Source: Pirellulales bacterium (GTDB lineage: Bacteria > Planctomycetota > Planctomycetia > Pirellulales > PALSA-1355). From it: 64,000 bases of DNA. A program made the position numbers and the translations under genes. Below are positions 31,303 through 42,280 of the stretch, one piece after another. The number at the start of each line of letters is the position of its first letter. Positions within the stretch are counted from its first letter, which is position 1. Where the stretch lies: contig CAVTBU010000005.1 in the NCBI GenBank assembly GCA_963733035.1, forward strand, positions 1,984,001 through 2,048,000, read 5' to 3'. The notes below the pieces were generated by a model, which saw nothing but the letters and a program-made list of their open reading frames with translations, searched no databases and had not been told where the DNA came from.

Positions 31303-32075
31303 GCGTTTTGCTCAAGCTTGGCGGCAGCCGCCTGATCCACAAGCCACGAAATTCGCCCGGTCTCAGGATGCACTCCGGCCGCCGGACGCCTGTCCGGATC
31401 GGCCTTACCCGATAGGATGTCCGCCAGGGCATCCGCCTTGTTGGTTCCCGACACAAGAAACATCACCTGACGAGCGGCGTTGAGCACCGGATAAGTCAAC
31501 GTGATTCGATCCACGGGCGGAGGCAAGACGCCCGGGGGACTCCAGGTGACAATTCGATTATCGACTCTCAGTGCCTGCGCACCTGGAAACAGCGAGGCTG
31601 TGTGACCATCGTCTCCCAGCCCGAGCAGGACTAAATCGAAGATCGGTATCGTTCCGGCAGGCTGTCCAAAGAACTTTGCCACGCGCTCGTCGTACTCATC
31701 GGCACAGGCAGCGGCGGACGGCAAGTCCGTGCGAACGGCCAATACTTGTTCGCTCACGATCGGTGCCACCGAGAGCAACGAATCGTAGGCCATGCGGTAG
31801 TTGCTCCGCTCGTCGTCGTGTGGCACATGCCGCTCGTCGCCAAAAAACAGGTAAGCCCGCGACCAGTCGACGTTATTCTCGCCTTCGCCGTCCGCCAGAA
31901 TCTCGTAGGTTTTCCGGGGCGTCGAGCCTCCCGCCAAGACTAACGTAAAGCGTCCCCGATGCCGAATGCTTTCGGTGGCCGTGCGGGCAACTGCCCTGGC
32001 GGCCTTGGCCGCCAGGTGTTCGGCATCGGCGTAGACCTTCAACTCGTAATCGGGCGCAGTCGTCATGGTCGTCAA
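31299..32075 (-). CDS. pgl: 6-phosphogluconolactonase
   Basis: LAGGSTP, FGDERHVP..SNY, LGLGDDGHTASLFP, RITLTYP. Confidence 0.93.
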   Translation of the reverse strand: MTTMTTAPDYELKVYADAEHLAAKAARAVARTATESIRHRGRFTLVLAGGSTPRKTYEILADGEGENNVDWSRAYLFFGDERHVPHDDERSNYRMAYDSLLSVAPIVSEQVLAVRTDLPSAAACADEYDERVAKFFGQPAGTIPIFDLVLLGLGDDGHTASLFPGAQALRVDNRIVTWSPPGVLPPPVDRITLTYPVLNAARQVMFLVSGTNKADALADILSGKADPDRRPAAGVHPETGRISWLVDQAAAAKLEQNA

Positions 32076-32205
32076 ACTACTCTTTTCAGCCCCAAACGGT
32101 CAACTAAGTATCGTCTGTCAAATGCTATGCGCGTCTACCATCTTACACCGATAGAGAATTCGAGAGTGGAATGCTATTGGGAACTCGTCGCCAGGAATAC
32201 GTACC

Positions 32206-33253
32206 ATGACAGCTCAGCGTAAGGCGGAAACCGCACAAGTGACCCAAGCCGTGGACGAACTACCGTCGTTTCGCTTCCCCATGGAAGAACAACCCGCGCG
32301 TACCGGCAACGGGGGTTCGGCGCGAAGCCTCTATTACCCAGTTTCCCGTATCCCAAGGAATTGCGGGCGTGTCGATGCGACTGGACGAAGGTTCGATCCG
32401 CGAGCTGCACTGGCACGCCAACGCGGCCGAGTGGGCCTATGTCGTCAAAGGCAACTGCCGGACGACGATTTTTTCGCCGGATGGATCGAGCGAATCCACC
32501 GACTTCACGGCGGGCGACATCTGGTATTTTCCGCGCGGTTTTGGCCACTCGATTCAGGGACTGGGGCCGGGCACGTGCCACTTCATCCTGGTGTTTGATA
32601 ACGGCGCGTTTTCCGAATTCGCCACCTTCAGCTTTACGGATTGGCTTGCCCAAACGCCACGCGACGTGCTGGCTAAAAACTTGAATCTGCCCGCTTCGGC
32701 GCTGGCACAATTCCCAACCGAAGAGGTGTATTTCGCGCAGGGCCCAATCGAAGTTCCCGCCAGGCCATCGGTGGCCAACTCGACGCACCGCTACCGGCTT
32801 GAGGCACAAACGCCGCGGAAGTTCAAAGGTGGTGAACTTCGCCTGGCGACCGTCAATGAATTTCCAATTTCCACGACGATGACTGGTGCCACCATGAATC
32901 TGGAAACGGGCGGGCTACGCGAACTTCATTGGCACCCCAATGCCGACGAATGGCAATACGTGCTCGAAGGCCAAGTGCGGATGACCGTGTTCGCATCGAA
33001 AGGCCGCGCTCAGACGGTCGACCTCTCGGCTGGCGACGTCGGCTACGTGCCGCAAGGCTACGGACACTATCTGCAAAACATAGGTCCCGCAAACTGCCGA
33101 ATCTTACTCGTTTTCAACGCTGGCACGTATGAAGACATCGACCTGAGCGGCTGGATCGCCTCCAACGCCAGGCAACTCGTGGCGACGAACCTCGGTGTGC
33201 CCGAGTCGCTTCTCGGACCCACACCGAACGAGACGTTGTTCATCACCCAGTAA
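32206..33253 (+). CDS. Oxalate decarboxylase-family bicupin; frameshift near 32322
   Basis: Two cupin motifs RELHWHANAAEW and RELHWHPNADEW, GHSIQG, GHYLQN; lid region FSEFATF; N-terminus in frame 32206 joins at GGSAR/EAS. Confidence 0.82.
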
Positions 33254-33292
33254 ACGAGATTCCGACGAGTTGGCAGCGAAGACACACGGCGC

Positions 33293-34156
33293 TCAAGCCA
33301 CACGCCGCGAGGACTCGCTCGGCCGCGGCGCTGCCGGCTGCGGATCGCTTTGGATAGGACCGGAGCGGCTCACCCGCCGGATCCGTTGAATTCGCTCGAA
33401 GAAACTGGGCGACAACCGCTTCACCCACCAAATCAACTGCGCGGAAGCCGAAACGACCACGAGACCCTGGTTCTTGCGAATTGCTCGCACGGCTCGCCGC
33501 GCAACGCGCTGCGGAGAAGCAGTTATCCAGCGCGGAAACCGCGGCACGGATTTCGCCCCGCCCGTCATCGCGGATTGAAAAATCCCCGTTTGCACCAAGC
33601 CCGGACAGAGGGCCGTCACACCCAGCCCGCGGGATCCGTATTCGGCACGGAGCGATTCGGAAAAACCGACAAGGGCGAACTTCGTGGCGTTATAGGCCGA
33701 CAAACGGGCAACGCCGACCAGGCCCGCGATACTGCAAATGTTCAATATGTGGGCCTCGGGGCGTGCGAGCAAAGTTGGCAGCAGCTGATGTGTCAATTGC
33801 AGTGGCGCAAGCAAATTGACGCCGAGGAGACGTCGCCACTGTTGGTCGGACATCTCGTGCGTGGTGCCATAGTAGGCCACGCCGGCGTTATTCACGAGGA
33901 TATCCAGGCTGGGGAATTCCCCTTGCACGCGGCGCGTCAAATGTGCCATAGCGTCCGAGCAGCACAGATCGGCGACCTGCCATTCGATGCGACCGCCGTA
34001 CTGTGCTGCAAGCTGCGCAGTCGCCAGCAGCCCATCGCTGTCGATGTCGATCAAAAACAAATCGACACCTTGGCGCGCAAGTTCAATAGCCAACGCCCGG
34101 CCAATTCCGGACGCGGCACCCGTGATGAGAGCCAGTTTGCCGTGAAGGGAGTCCAT
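33293..34156 (-). CDS. Short-chain dehydrogenase/reductase
   Basis: TGAASGIG, NNAG, YNATK. Confidence 0.92.
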   Translation of the reverse strand: MDSLHGKLALITGAASGIGRALAIELARQGVDLFLIDIDSDGLLATAQLAAQYGGRIEWQVADLCCSDAMAHLTRRVQGEFPSLDILVNNAGVAYYGTTHEMSDQQWRRLLGVNLLAPLQLTHQLLPTLLARPEAHILNICSIAGLVGVARLSAYNATKFALVGFSESLRAEYGSRGLGVTALCPGLVQTGIFQSAMTGGAKSVPRFPRWITASPQRVARRAVRAIRKNQGLVVVSASAQLIWWVKRLSPSFFERIQRIRRVSRSGPIQSDPQPAAPRPSESSRRVA

Positions 34157-34536
34157 CTTGATGAGAGCGGTGCGTTTGGGTCAAGGACGTCCGCCTTTCA
34201 AACCCATCGGCAGATCCGCAACGCCGACTTGAGGTTAGGGCCTCACGCGGAGCCAACGCCCGTGCGATTTCTCTGCGATGCCGCGGCCGATAGCAAGCAC
34301 CGCGAACGCCTATGGACGGTTGCAAGCGAGTGCACGACAGCAGTGCGCGATGGCCGCTCGGGGCAACTCGTGATATAAACTCTTGGTCCAAAACCAATTT
34401 CTCCGTTTTTTTCGATCATTCGATTCAAAAGCCCCTGTCGCCGGTAAACCGGCACAAGTGGAATGACGTCCTAAACCCGCCTCGACAATTGGCTCGGGGG
34501 TTGTGTTTCAGCGGCTCAACCAAGGAGAACCAGGCG

Positions 34537-35652
34537 ATTAACTCCTTCGAACTGCTGATTGGCCTGGCCGTGGTGGCGGTCATTCTCTACGACGTGTTTG
34601 AAACCGTGGTTGTTCCGCGCCGCACGGAAAGCAAATGGCGGCTTGCACCGCCGATCCTGTTTCTCTTGTGGCCGCTCTGGCAACGAATCGGCCTGCGAAT
34701 CACGCCCACTTGGCGACGCGAAGACTTTCTCGGCACGTTCGCGCCGTTCGCGATCATGCTGATCCTGATGATCTGGGTTCTGGCCCTCATCTTTGGCTTT
34801 GGGCTCGTGTTCCATGCCTTGCAAGACGACCTGAAGCCACCACCGCGCGACTTCGTGGCGGCTTTCTACGCGGCGGGGACAGCGCTGTTGACGATCGGCT
34901 ACGGCGATATCGTCCCGCAATCCATGCTGGCACGGGGCATTGCACTTTTGGCCGGCGCGGCTGGCTTGGCCGTGGTCGCCCTGGTCATTTCGCTCGCATT
35001 CAACCTCTACGGGTCATTCTCGCGTCGTGAGGTGCTCGTGTTGCTGCTCGATCCACGCGCAGGCGTTCCGCCGTCGGGTGTAACTCTGTTGGAAACCTAC
35101 GGCGAAAAGCAAATCGTCGGACAGTTGGGGTCCCTCTTCAATCAGTACGAAGCCTGGACCGCGGAGCTTCTCGACAGTCATTTGGCATATCCGGTGCTGC
35201 CGTTCTTTCGTTCGTCCCATGAGAGCCAATCCTGGGTCAGCGCGCTCGGCGCGCTTTTGGATGCGGCAACCCTGATGGTTACCGCTATCGAGCCAGCTGC
35301 GGATGCCAACGAAGCTGAGCGCGCAAGTCGCGCCGCAGCGGAGATGATGTACGAAACCGGCTGTCACGCGCTGATCGATTTGACCCAGTCGCGATTACTT
35401 CCCAGCTCGAAGGCCAAGTTGGCCGTGGGACCCGGAATTGAACGGACCGAATTCGTGGCCGCCTGCGAACGGTTGCGTTCGGCGGGCTTCGCGGCCACTT
35501 GCAGTGACGCCGCCTGGCAGGCCTTCGCCGAACATCGCGGCGTGTATGCCACGCGGCTCAACGTCATCGCTCGCTATTTGGCAGCTCCCCCCACGCAGTG
35601 GATTGGCGACCGCTCGGTTCTGAACTACCATCGGCAGCCCCACTTACACTGA
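34537..35652 (+). CDS. Potassium channel family protein (pore domain plus long C-terminal domain)
   Basis: TM helices flanking selectivity filter TIGYGD; start uncertain (ATT at 34537 after AAGGAG). Confidence 0.82.
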   Translation: MNSFELLIGLAVVAVILYDVFETVVVPRRTESKWRLAPPILFLLWPLWQRIGLRITPTWRREDFLGTFAPFAIMLILMIWVLALIFGFGLVFHALQDDLKPPPRDFVAAFYAAGTALLTIGYGDIVPQSMLARGIALLAGAAGLAVVALVISLAFNLYGSFSRREVLVLLLDPRAGVPPSGVTLLETYGEKQIVGQLGSLFNQYEAWTAELLDSHLAYPVLPFFRSSHESQSWVSALGALLDAATLMVTAIEPAADANEAERASRAAAEMMYETGCHALIDLTQSRLLPSSKAKLAVGPGIERTEFVAACERLRSAGFAATCSDAAWQAFAEHRGVYATRLNVIARYLAAPPTQWIGDRSVLNYHRQPHLH

Positions 35653-35870
35653 ATACACTAAGGAAATGTCTCGAAAAGCTGCAGAAGCGGCCCTGGTCCT
35701 GTAACTCAAAGTGCGGTAACGCTCGGTATGAGAGGCTTTTGCGCTCAACTCAATTCGCTTTCGCTTCACGAGTCCGCATCTATAATACTTCTATCCCCAG
35801 ACACTTCGTTTGGCACGGAAGGGACCATGTCCGGTTGGTTCCGGAATTTCGCTCAACAGATTGTGACCCT

Positions 35871-36539
35871 ATGTCGCTCGAGCCGTTCGATTCGTCAATC
35901 AGCGAACTTGAGCGATCGCGTTCAGTGACCGGTCAGCACATCGAGTCGCTGATGGTCAGGGCAGCCGAATCCCCAACTTCAATTGGGCCACTCCTCGAAG
36001 CGTGTCGTAGTTATCTACTTGTTGTCGCTAGCGATGAACTTGCCAGTGACGTGCGTGCAAAAGTGGCTTCCAGCGATCTCGTGCAGCAATCTCTGATCGA
36101 GGCGTATCAAGGTTTTGACGGATTCCACGGAACGACTGCTGCTGAGTTGTTGGCCTGGCTACGGCGCGTATTGATTAACAACGTTGTCGATGCGACGCGC
36201 GGTTTTCGGGCCACCGGCAAACGGGCGATTAGCCGTGAAGTGTCAATTGAAGCAAATACTTCGGGGGTCGGGCTCGCCGGAGCGCTTGTCGACGCCGAGC
36301 CCTCGCCATTCATGCACGCGGTAGCGTCCGAGGAGAGCGAACGACTTTTCCACATGCTCATGAAGCTCAACTCGCGAGACCAACAAGTCATCCGACTCAG
36401 GAATTGGGAGCAAATCTCCTTTGCGGAAATCGGACGCCAGCTTGAAACGACGGAAGAAGCCGCACGAAAACTTTGGACTCGGGCTGTGCAGCGATTGGCT
36501 CGCGAGTTGAAGGTATCCCATGACGACAACTCCGTCTAG
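35871..36539 (+). CDS. ECF-type RNA polymerase sigma factor
   Basis: RAKVASSDLVQQSL, AWLRRVLIN, region 4 'SFAEIGRQLETTEEAARKLWTRA'; start placed at ATG 35871. Confidence 0.88.
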   Translation: MSLEPFDSSISELERSRSVTGQHIESLMVRAAESPTSIGPLLEACRSYLLVVASDELASDVRAKVASSDLVQQSLIEAYQGFDGFHGTTAAELLAWLRRVLINNVVDATRGFRATGKRAISREVSIEANTSGVGLAGALVDAEPSPFMHAVASEESERLFHMLMKLNSRDQQVIRLRNWEQISFAEIGRQLETTEEAARKLWTRAVQRLARELKVSHDDNSV

Positions 36540-39500
36540 GCACAATAAAGACGGCGGCTGGGTCGAGGCCTTGCATGCGATGGTCGTCGGCGACACGGAC
36601 GCCGAATTGCGTACAAGCGCGAAACTTCCAGGCGACGAAAAGGATGCTGTACTCGACTGCCTACGGCAATTGGAACAAGTTCGCCGCTCCGGTGTTTGGC
36701 GACATTCCTGGCCGTCGATCGCGTTGGCGTCATCGTGCGATGGACGTCGGCTGGGACGATTCGAGATTATTCGCGAACTTGGACGGGGTGGGCACGGAGT
36801 GGTCTTGCTGGCCCTCGATCCGAACCTTCGCCGAGAAGTGGCACTTAAGGTACCTCGACCGGAAGTTCTCGCCGTGGCGGAGCTGCGCAAGCGATTCCTG
36901 CGCGAGGCCCATGCCGCGGCTCGTCTGTCCCATCCCGGTATCGTCACAGTATATGAAATCGGTGACGTCTGGCCAGGCTGCTACCTGGCAACGGACTACT
37001 GCTCGGGCGGATCGTTGCAAACGCACTTGGCCAGCCGTGCCGAGGGCCTGGCATCGCGGACGGCGGCCTCGGTGGTGGCGGAATTAGCCTCGGCCGTTCA
37101 ATACGCGCACGAGCACGGCGTGTTGCATCGTGATATCAAACCCAGCAACGTGCTTTTGGCCCCGCGAGACGATGTTGAACAAGCGTTGCCAAGCGATCCG
37201 CTGCTACGTTTGAAACCCAAGTTGGCGGACTTCGGTCTGGCGCGATTGGCCGACAACGACGCGGAGCAAACTGCCACCGGCACGTTATTGGGTACGCTCG
37301 CGTACATGGCTCCCGAACAGGCTGAAGGTCGCCTGCATGACGTTGGTCCTAAGACTGACGTGTACGCGATGGGCGCTTTGCTCTATGAGATGCTGACCGG
37401 CCAGCCGCCCGCTCGCGGATCGAGCGATGCCGACACCCTACGTCAGATACTCTTTGTCGAACCAATGCGGCCGCGGACGTTGCGGCGCGACATAGCAAAA
37501 GATCTGGAAGCAATCTGCCTGCGTGCCTTGGAAAAGGATCCGCGGCAGCGCTATTCGTCGGCGGGTCTTTTGGCCGAGGATTTGCAGCGTTACCTGAAAG
37601 GGCTGCCGGTTCTCGCCAAACCGCCGACCGCGCTGCAACGTGCCGCCAAATGGGCTCGCCGTCGCCCGGCACTAGCGGCCCTAATGGGTGTGTGCGCGGT
37701 AACGGTCGTGGCTGGCATTCTTGGGCTAAGTGCCTACAACGTGCAACTCCGGCAGTTGACGGATCAGGCAATCGCTAGCGAGCGAAACGCCCAACAGTTG
37801 CTGTACGCAGCTGACATGGCAATCGTGCAGCAAGTAATTGACAATGGTGGTGTACATCAGGCGAACGAGCTACTGGAACGTCACCGCTTCGACAACCAAC
37901 AGGGCAAACAACGCGATTTTGCCTGGTACTTTTTAGACAATCTCCTGCATCGGGATCAGGGCAGCCTGCCTCGTCATCCGGGGGACGTGTACGGCTTGGC
38001 CTTCTCTCCCGATGGACGAAGGCTGGCCACAACCTGTCGCGATGGCCACGTGAGAGTATGGCGACTGCCCGACAAGAAACTCTTGCACGAATTGCAATCG
38101 CACCGTGGCGAAGCCGGCGCAGTCGCATTTTCACCCGACGGCGGCCTCTTGGCCTCGGGTGGCGATGATGGTCGCGTGGTCGTCTATGAATCCGCCAACT
38201 ACCGCGTGCTCCACGTACTTGAGAATCCGGCCGGCCAGACCAAAACCGAAGTAACGGTGGCCGGTATTCAGTTCACGCCCGACGGGGGGCGACTCTTCGC
38301 AGGCATGGGACACGATATATGTGTTTGGAACGTTACGACCGGCAACCTGATTGGCCGGCGACCCGAGGCACACGGGCTCGATATCCGCGCGATTAGTCTC
38401 TCGTCGGACGCCACCAAGTTGCTAACGGTTCGGGGCGATGCATGCTTTTGGAATGCCGACTCGCTCGAACCGATTACGACCATTCAGCCAGGGGCAGCAT
38501 CGAGTTGGCGCGGTGGGCGATTCTTTCGAGATGGTCGCCACGCGGTGCTGACCAACGTGGACGGTTCGCTAGTCGTATGCGATTTAGCCGACGACAAGCT
38601 CACCAGCCCAGGCTCCTCCAACCACACATCGGCGGCTTCGGAAGTGGCCATCACAACCGACTCACGAATCATGATTTCGGTTGGTGATGACGGACTGATC
38701 CAAGTCTACGACGCACCGCTTGACGAACAGAACCTGGGCCGACTGCGCGTTTACCGTCGACATCAGGGCCGTGTGTGGGACGTAAAGCTTGCGCCCGACG
38801 AGAGCTTTTTTGTGTCGGCCGGAGCCGACGGTGAGGTGGTGTTCTGGGAGACCCCTCGCAACACAAGGTCCTTTGAGGCAGATGGCAGTGTCGAAATATG
38901 GTCCGCTCCAAGCAGCCCGTTGCAGGCGTTGGCTTATTCGCCCGATGGACGGTTCGTGGCGTGTGGGGGCAATACGCCGCTTACGAACATTGTCGACCGT
39001 CGCACCGGCCGTGTGCTGCGCTTACCTAGCAAGATTGGCTTCGGTCCCAACCTCTGCTTCACCGCCAACAGTCGTCAATTGATTTCGGTCGAATATCGTA
39101 CCGCGCTGCGCGTCTGGGATGTTCGCAACGGTCAGCTACTGTCTTCGCTTGACATGCCTGAGGAAGTGTACGGCACCGAACAATCGCCGCGAAACGATCG
39201 GCTTGCGTTGGTGTTTGGTGCCAACAAGGTCCGCCTCTACTCGTCGCCGGAGCTTCAACCGCTTCATGAATTCGCGGATAAACGCGACTGTAACTTTGCA
39301 CGCTTCGACCCATCGGGCGACTCGCTGATCTTTGGTCGGGACGGTGAACTTGCCGCATTCGATCCCTATACTTTCAGGCAGAAATGGAGTGTCGGCAAGT
39401 CTGGCGATTCCTTTTACGACGTCGACTGGGTGAGCGATCATGAGATCGTTGTTGCCGAGGGACGCGATGGCGTGGCGCTCCGCAAGGCAGAAGACGGAGA

Positions 39501-40665
39501 ACTAATCAAACGTTTGGCTGGTCATCCCGAAGCCGTTCGAACTGTAGCTGCGTCACCGCACCTGCGCAATTTTGCCAGCGCATCGGACAGTTCGATGCTA
39601 CTCTGGGACCGACGAACGCTACAGCCACTACTGAAATTTGAGGACAGACTACTGCCCAACCGAAGAGGCTTACAGTTCAGTCCTCAGGGAGACGAGTTGG
39701 TGATGGCCCAAAATCGCCCTGGCGGACCGCTGAGCACGTTGCTCGCCGCGCCGCGCGGCAAGGGCCATACACGCGTTCCGTGGATCTGGCCCATGGACAT
39801 GCGGGCCTGGACCGTGAAGCGTACAGACAACCGTTTGACCTCCGCCTTCGCGTGGCGGCCTGGGGTTGAAGCCGTCCTGTTGGGCGATGCGTCCGGCAAG
39901 TTACGGAACTGGTCCGATGGTGCCGATTGGACGCCGTGCGAAACGATGACCACGCCATTCCGGCATCTTCTCATGGCACAAGATGGCCAACGCGTGTTGA
40001 CCATCCAAAGCGGCGGTCAGGCACACTGGCGGTCGCCTGACGGTCTGGTCGGAAAACCATTCCAGCTACCCCTCGGCAAATACGACTTTGTGGAATTGCA
40101 TCAACAAGAACTGTTGCTGGGCTTCGCCAGTGAGAGCGCATTGATCGTTGTCGACGCAACCTCTGGAGAAGAAACATGGCGCAGCGAACATCCTGATCCA
40201 ATAACCGGGATGAAACAACTGCCAACAGGGCAATTGATCACGACATGCGAGGATGGTGGAGTCCGCTCATTCGATTTCCAATCCGGCGTTCTAACCCGGC
40301 ACGAGCAAGCAGTAGCTGGAATCGCGATTACTTGGCTTGATTGCTCGACGGACGGCTCACAACTTGTCGTCCTGGCCACGGACGGCTCGATTCGCGTCCT
40401 CGAATCAAGCAAACTCCGAGAAATCCGTCGCTTTCCACAACCACCAAACGTCCGGAGCGTCTACTTTTTCGGATGCGATCGCTGGTTGCTGTTCGGCGAG
40501 GGTCGCCAACCGCTGTTGGAAATTGCGACGGGGAAACATCTACTTCCCCTACCCGTTGGACCGGATGCGAACGTTCGCACTGTTTCGCCGGGAGGCGACG
40601 CCGCTATTGCTTCCGACGACGCATCGCTGTATTTGATCGAGCTAAATGGATCCACGCTCGACTAA
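36520..40665 (+). CDS. Hanks-type Ser/Thr protein kinase with TM segment and WD40 beta-propellers
   Basis: LGRGGHGVV, VALK, HRDIKPSN, DFG, YMAPEQ; TM 'ALAALMGVCAVTVVAGILGL'; repeated AFSPDG..W WD40 units; overlaps the sigma gene. Confidence 0.92.
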   Translation: MTTTPSRHNKDGGWVEALHAMVVGDTDAELRTSAKLPGDEKDAVLDCLRQLEQVRRSGVWRHSWPSIALASSCDGRRLGRFEIIRELGRGGHGVVLLALDPNLRREVALKVPRPEVLAVAELRKRFLREAHAAARLSHPGIVTVYEIGDVWPGCYLATDYCSGGSLQTHLASRAEGLASRTAASVVAELASAVQYAHEHGVLHRDIKPSNVLLAPRDDVEQALPSDPLLRLKPKLADFGLARLADNDAEQTATGTLLGTLAYMAPEQAEGRLHDVGPKTDVYAMGALLYEMLTGQPPARGSSDADTLRQILFVEPMRPRTLRRDIAKDLEAICLRALEKDPRQRYSSAGLLAEDLQRYLKGLPVLAKPPTALQRAAKWARRRPALAALMGVCAVTVVAGILGLSAYNVQLRQLTDQAIASERNAQQLLYAADMAIVQQVIDNGGVHQANELLERHRFDNQQGKQRDFAWYFLDNLLHRDQGSLPRHPGDVYGLAFSPDGRRLATTCRDGHVRVWRLPDKKLLHELQSHRGEAGAVAFSPDGGLLASGGDDGRVVVYESANYRVLHVLENPAGQTKTEVTVAGIQFTPDGGRLFAGMGHDICVWNVTTGNLIGRRPEAHGLDIRAISLSSDATKLLTVRGDACFWNADSLEPITTIQPGAASSWRGGRFFRDGRHAVLTNVDGSLVVCDLADDKLTSPGSSNHTSAASEVAITTDSRIMISVGDDGLIQVYDAPLDEQNLGRLRVYRRHQGRVWDVKLAPDESFFVSAGADGEVVFWETPRNTRSFEADGSVEIWSAPSSPLQALAYSPDGRFVACGGNTPLTNIVDRRTGRVLRLPSKIGFGPNLCFTANSRQLISVEYRTALRVWDVRNGQLLSSLDMPEEVYGTEQSPRNDRLALVFGANKVRLYSSPELQPLHEFADKRDCNFARFDPSGDSLIFGRDGELAAFDPYTFRQKWSVGKSGDSFYDVDWVSDHEIVVAEGRDGVALRKAEDGELIKRLAGHPEAVRTVAASPHLRNFASASDSSMLLWDRRTLQPLLKFEDRLLPNRRGLQFSPQGDELVMAQNRPGGPLSTLLAAPRGKGHTRVPWIWPMDMRAWTVKRTDNRLTSAFAWRPGVEAVLLGDASGKLRNWSDGADWTPCETMTTPFRHLLMAQDGQRVLTIQSGGQAHWRSPDGLVGKPFQLPLGKYDFVELHQQELLLGFASESALIVVDATSGEETWRSEHPDPITGMKQLPTGQLITTCEDGGVRSFDFQSGVLTRHEQAVAGIAITWLDCSTDGSQLVVLATDGSIRVLESSKLREIRRFPQPPNVRSVYFFGCDRWLLFGEGRQPLLEIATGKHLLPLPVGPDANVRTVSPGGDAAIASDDASLYLIELNGSTLD

Positions 40666-41915
40666 TGCGCGTCCAACCTCACCTTGCTTGGTCGTACATG
40701 CGGTGCAGGAACCTGGTCAGCTGGGATGTCCACTGGCACATGAGGCCTGGCCGGAGGCAGTGGCCCGACTTTCGGTCCCCAGTTGAACAAAACCTTGGTG
40801 ATATACCAGCGTGCAATGGGGGCCATCCGCCACCACAGCATCTTTTGCACGAACGGGTATGGCAGTCGGTTCAAAAGCCGCGCGGCGTGGGTCCGGCGTT
40901 TCAGTGATTTGCCCATCGGAGTGGCAAGAATGGATGCGCCGTAGTCCGTGAACGAGTAGTCACCTCGCTCGAACGCGTCGCCGATGGCCCGGGCGGCCAG
41001 TTCACCGTAAGCCAATGCCGGACTGATTCCCTCACCAAACGTGGCATCCACGCCAGCGGCATCTCCAACGAGCACCACATTGGGAGCCGAGAAGCGCGCC
41101 TTCGGTTCAAATAGCCGAATCGGATGCCCTTCCAGGTGGTAATCGTCCAGGCGGTATCCCGAGTGCTCAAGCCAGTCAGCCACCACCGGTCTTAGCGAAC
41201 CGACCGACTTGCGTGACACGGTGCGGCTGTCGTACACACCCCAGTTCCTCATGCGGGTGCCGGCAATCTTGGTGGGAAAGCTCCACACGTAGCCTTGCAC
41301 GCCACGCGGAATGTAACTGAAATCTAGCAGCGCGTCGTCGTCGGCCATGGTCGAGGGCAATTCCGGCGGGTCGGCGGGTGTCACCAGCTCAACCAGCCGC
41401 GCGATGGGCGAGGGATGCTCCCCCTCGGGCACGAGCCGCCGCACAACGCCGCTGCTGCCATCGGCACCAACGATCACGCGTGCGTGAAATGTGCCCCGAT
41501 TGGTTTCCACTTGCACGCCGTCCTCGGTGCGGCTCAGTTTGATAACGCGAGTTTCTTCCTTGATTTCGACCCCTCGACTACGGACCTGGTCGGCGAGCCA
41601 ACCGTCGAATTCATTGCGGCGTACAACCCGAAACGCAAAGTCGGGATTAAATCGCAATGGAAAGCCCTTGCCGCGAAAAGTCACCCAGGCCCAATCGACG
41701 TCGACGTGCGGAACCTCGCGATAGTCGAGCCCAAGCCGGCGCAAGATGACGTCGACCTCGGGAACGCAGCCGCCGCCGCACAGCTTATGCCGGGGGTGAC
41801 GATCGCGCTCCAGCACGAGCGTCCGCTCGGCAAGGGCGGGATTTAGATGCGCCAAATGCAGGGCCGTGGAACTTCCGGCCGGACCCGAGCCCACAATGAT
41901 GACGTCGTAGCGCAC
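40662..41915 (-). CDS. FAD-dependent oxidoreductase, geranylgeranyl reductase family
   Basis: VGSGPAGS, PRHKLCGG, GADG, GYVWSFP, VGDAAG..GEGI. Confidence 0.85.
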   Translation of the reverse strand: MRYDVIIVGSGPAGSSTALHLAHLNPALAERTLVLERDRHPRHKLCGGGCVPEVDVILRRLGLDYREVPHVDVDWAWVTFRGKGFPLRFNPDFAFRVVRRNEFDGWLADQVRSRGVEIKEETRVIKLSRTEDGVQVETNRGTFHARVIVGADGSSGVVRRLVPEGEHPSPIARLVELVTPADPPELPSTMADDDALLDFSYIPRGVQGYVWSFPTKIAGTRMRNWGVYDSRTVSRKSVGSLRPVVADWLEHSGYRLDDYHLEGHPIRLFEPKARFSAPNVVLVGDAAGVDATFGEGISPALAYGELAARAIGDAFERGDYSFTDYGASILATPMGKSLKRRTHAARLLNRLPYPFVQKMLWWRMAPIARWYITKVLFNWGPKVGPLPPARPHVPVDIPADQVPAPHVRPSKVRLDAH

Positions 41916-42280
41916 AAACCACCCCGGGCAACTCAGAAATCAAATCAATCGAAAAGACTAGCGAACGTTCGATTCGCCTCGAAACATCCGTTGGCAACAT
42001 CGGCCCTTTGGCCGTAATTTCGATGTTACTCGCTAGGGAGCGAAATGAACACAAAAAACCGGTCGTTGCCCGGGCCGGCCCGCGATCGGCACCCGTCGTC
42101 GTCGGCATAAACGGACTGGCTTGCGCGGTCGACCCTGCACGGACAGGAGCGAGGGGCGAGTTCCAGTCAAACTGACGTGCACGATCGTACAGGTGAGGCG
42201 GATTTCTCCAACGTGTGCGGTAGCGTGCCACTGCGGCCAGGCCGCTGGCCGAGTGGTCGATCGCGAAAGCGACTCCGAAC

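Noticed and set aside
34380..34520. c-di-AMP or c-di-GMP riboswitch upstream of the K+ channel
   Set aside because: Only a small gccggt/accggc hairpin; I could not identify the consensus elements
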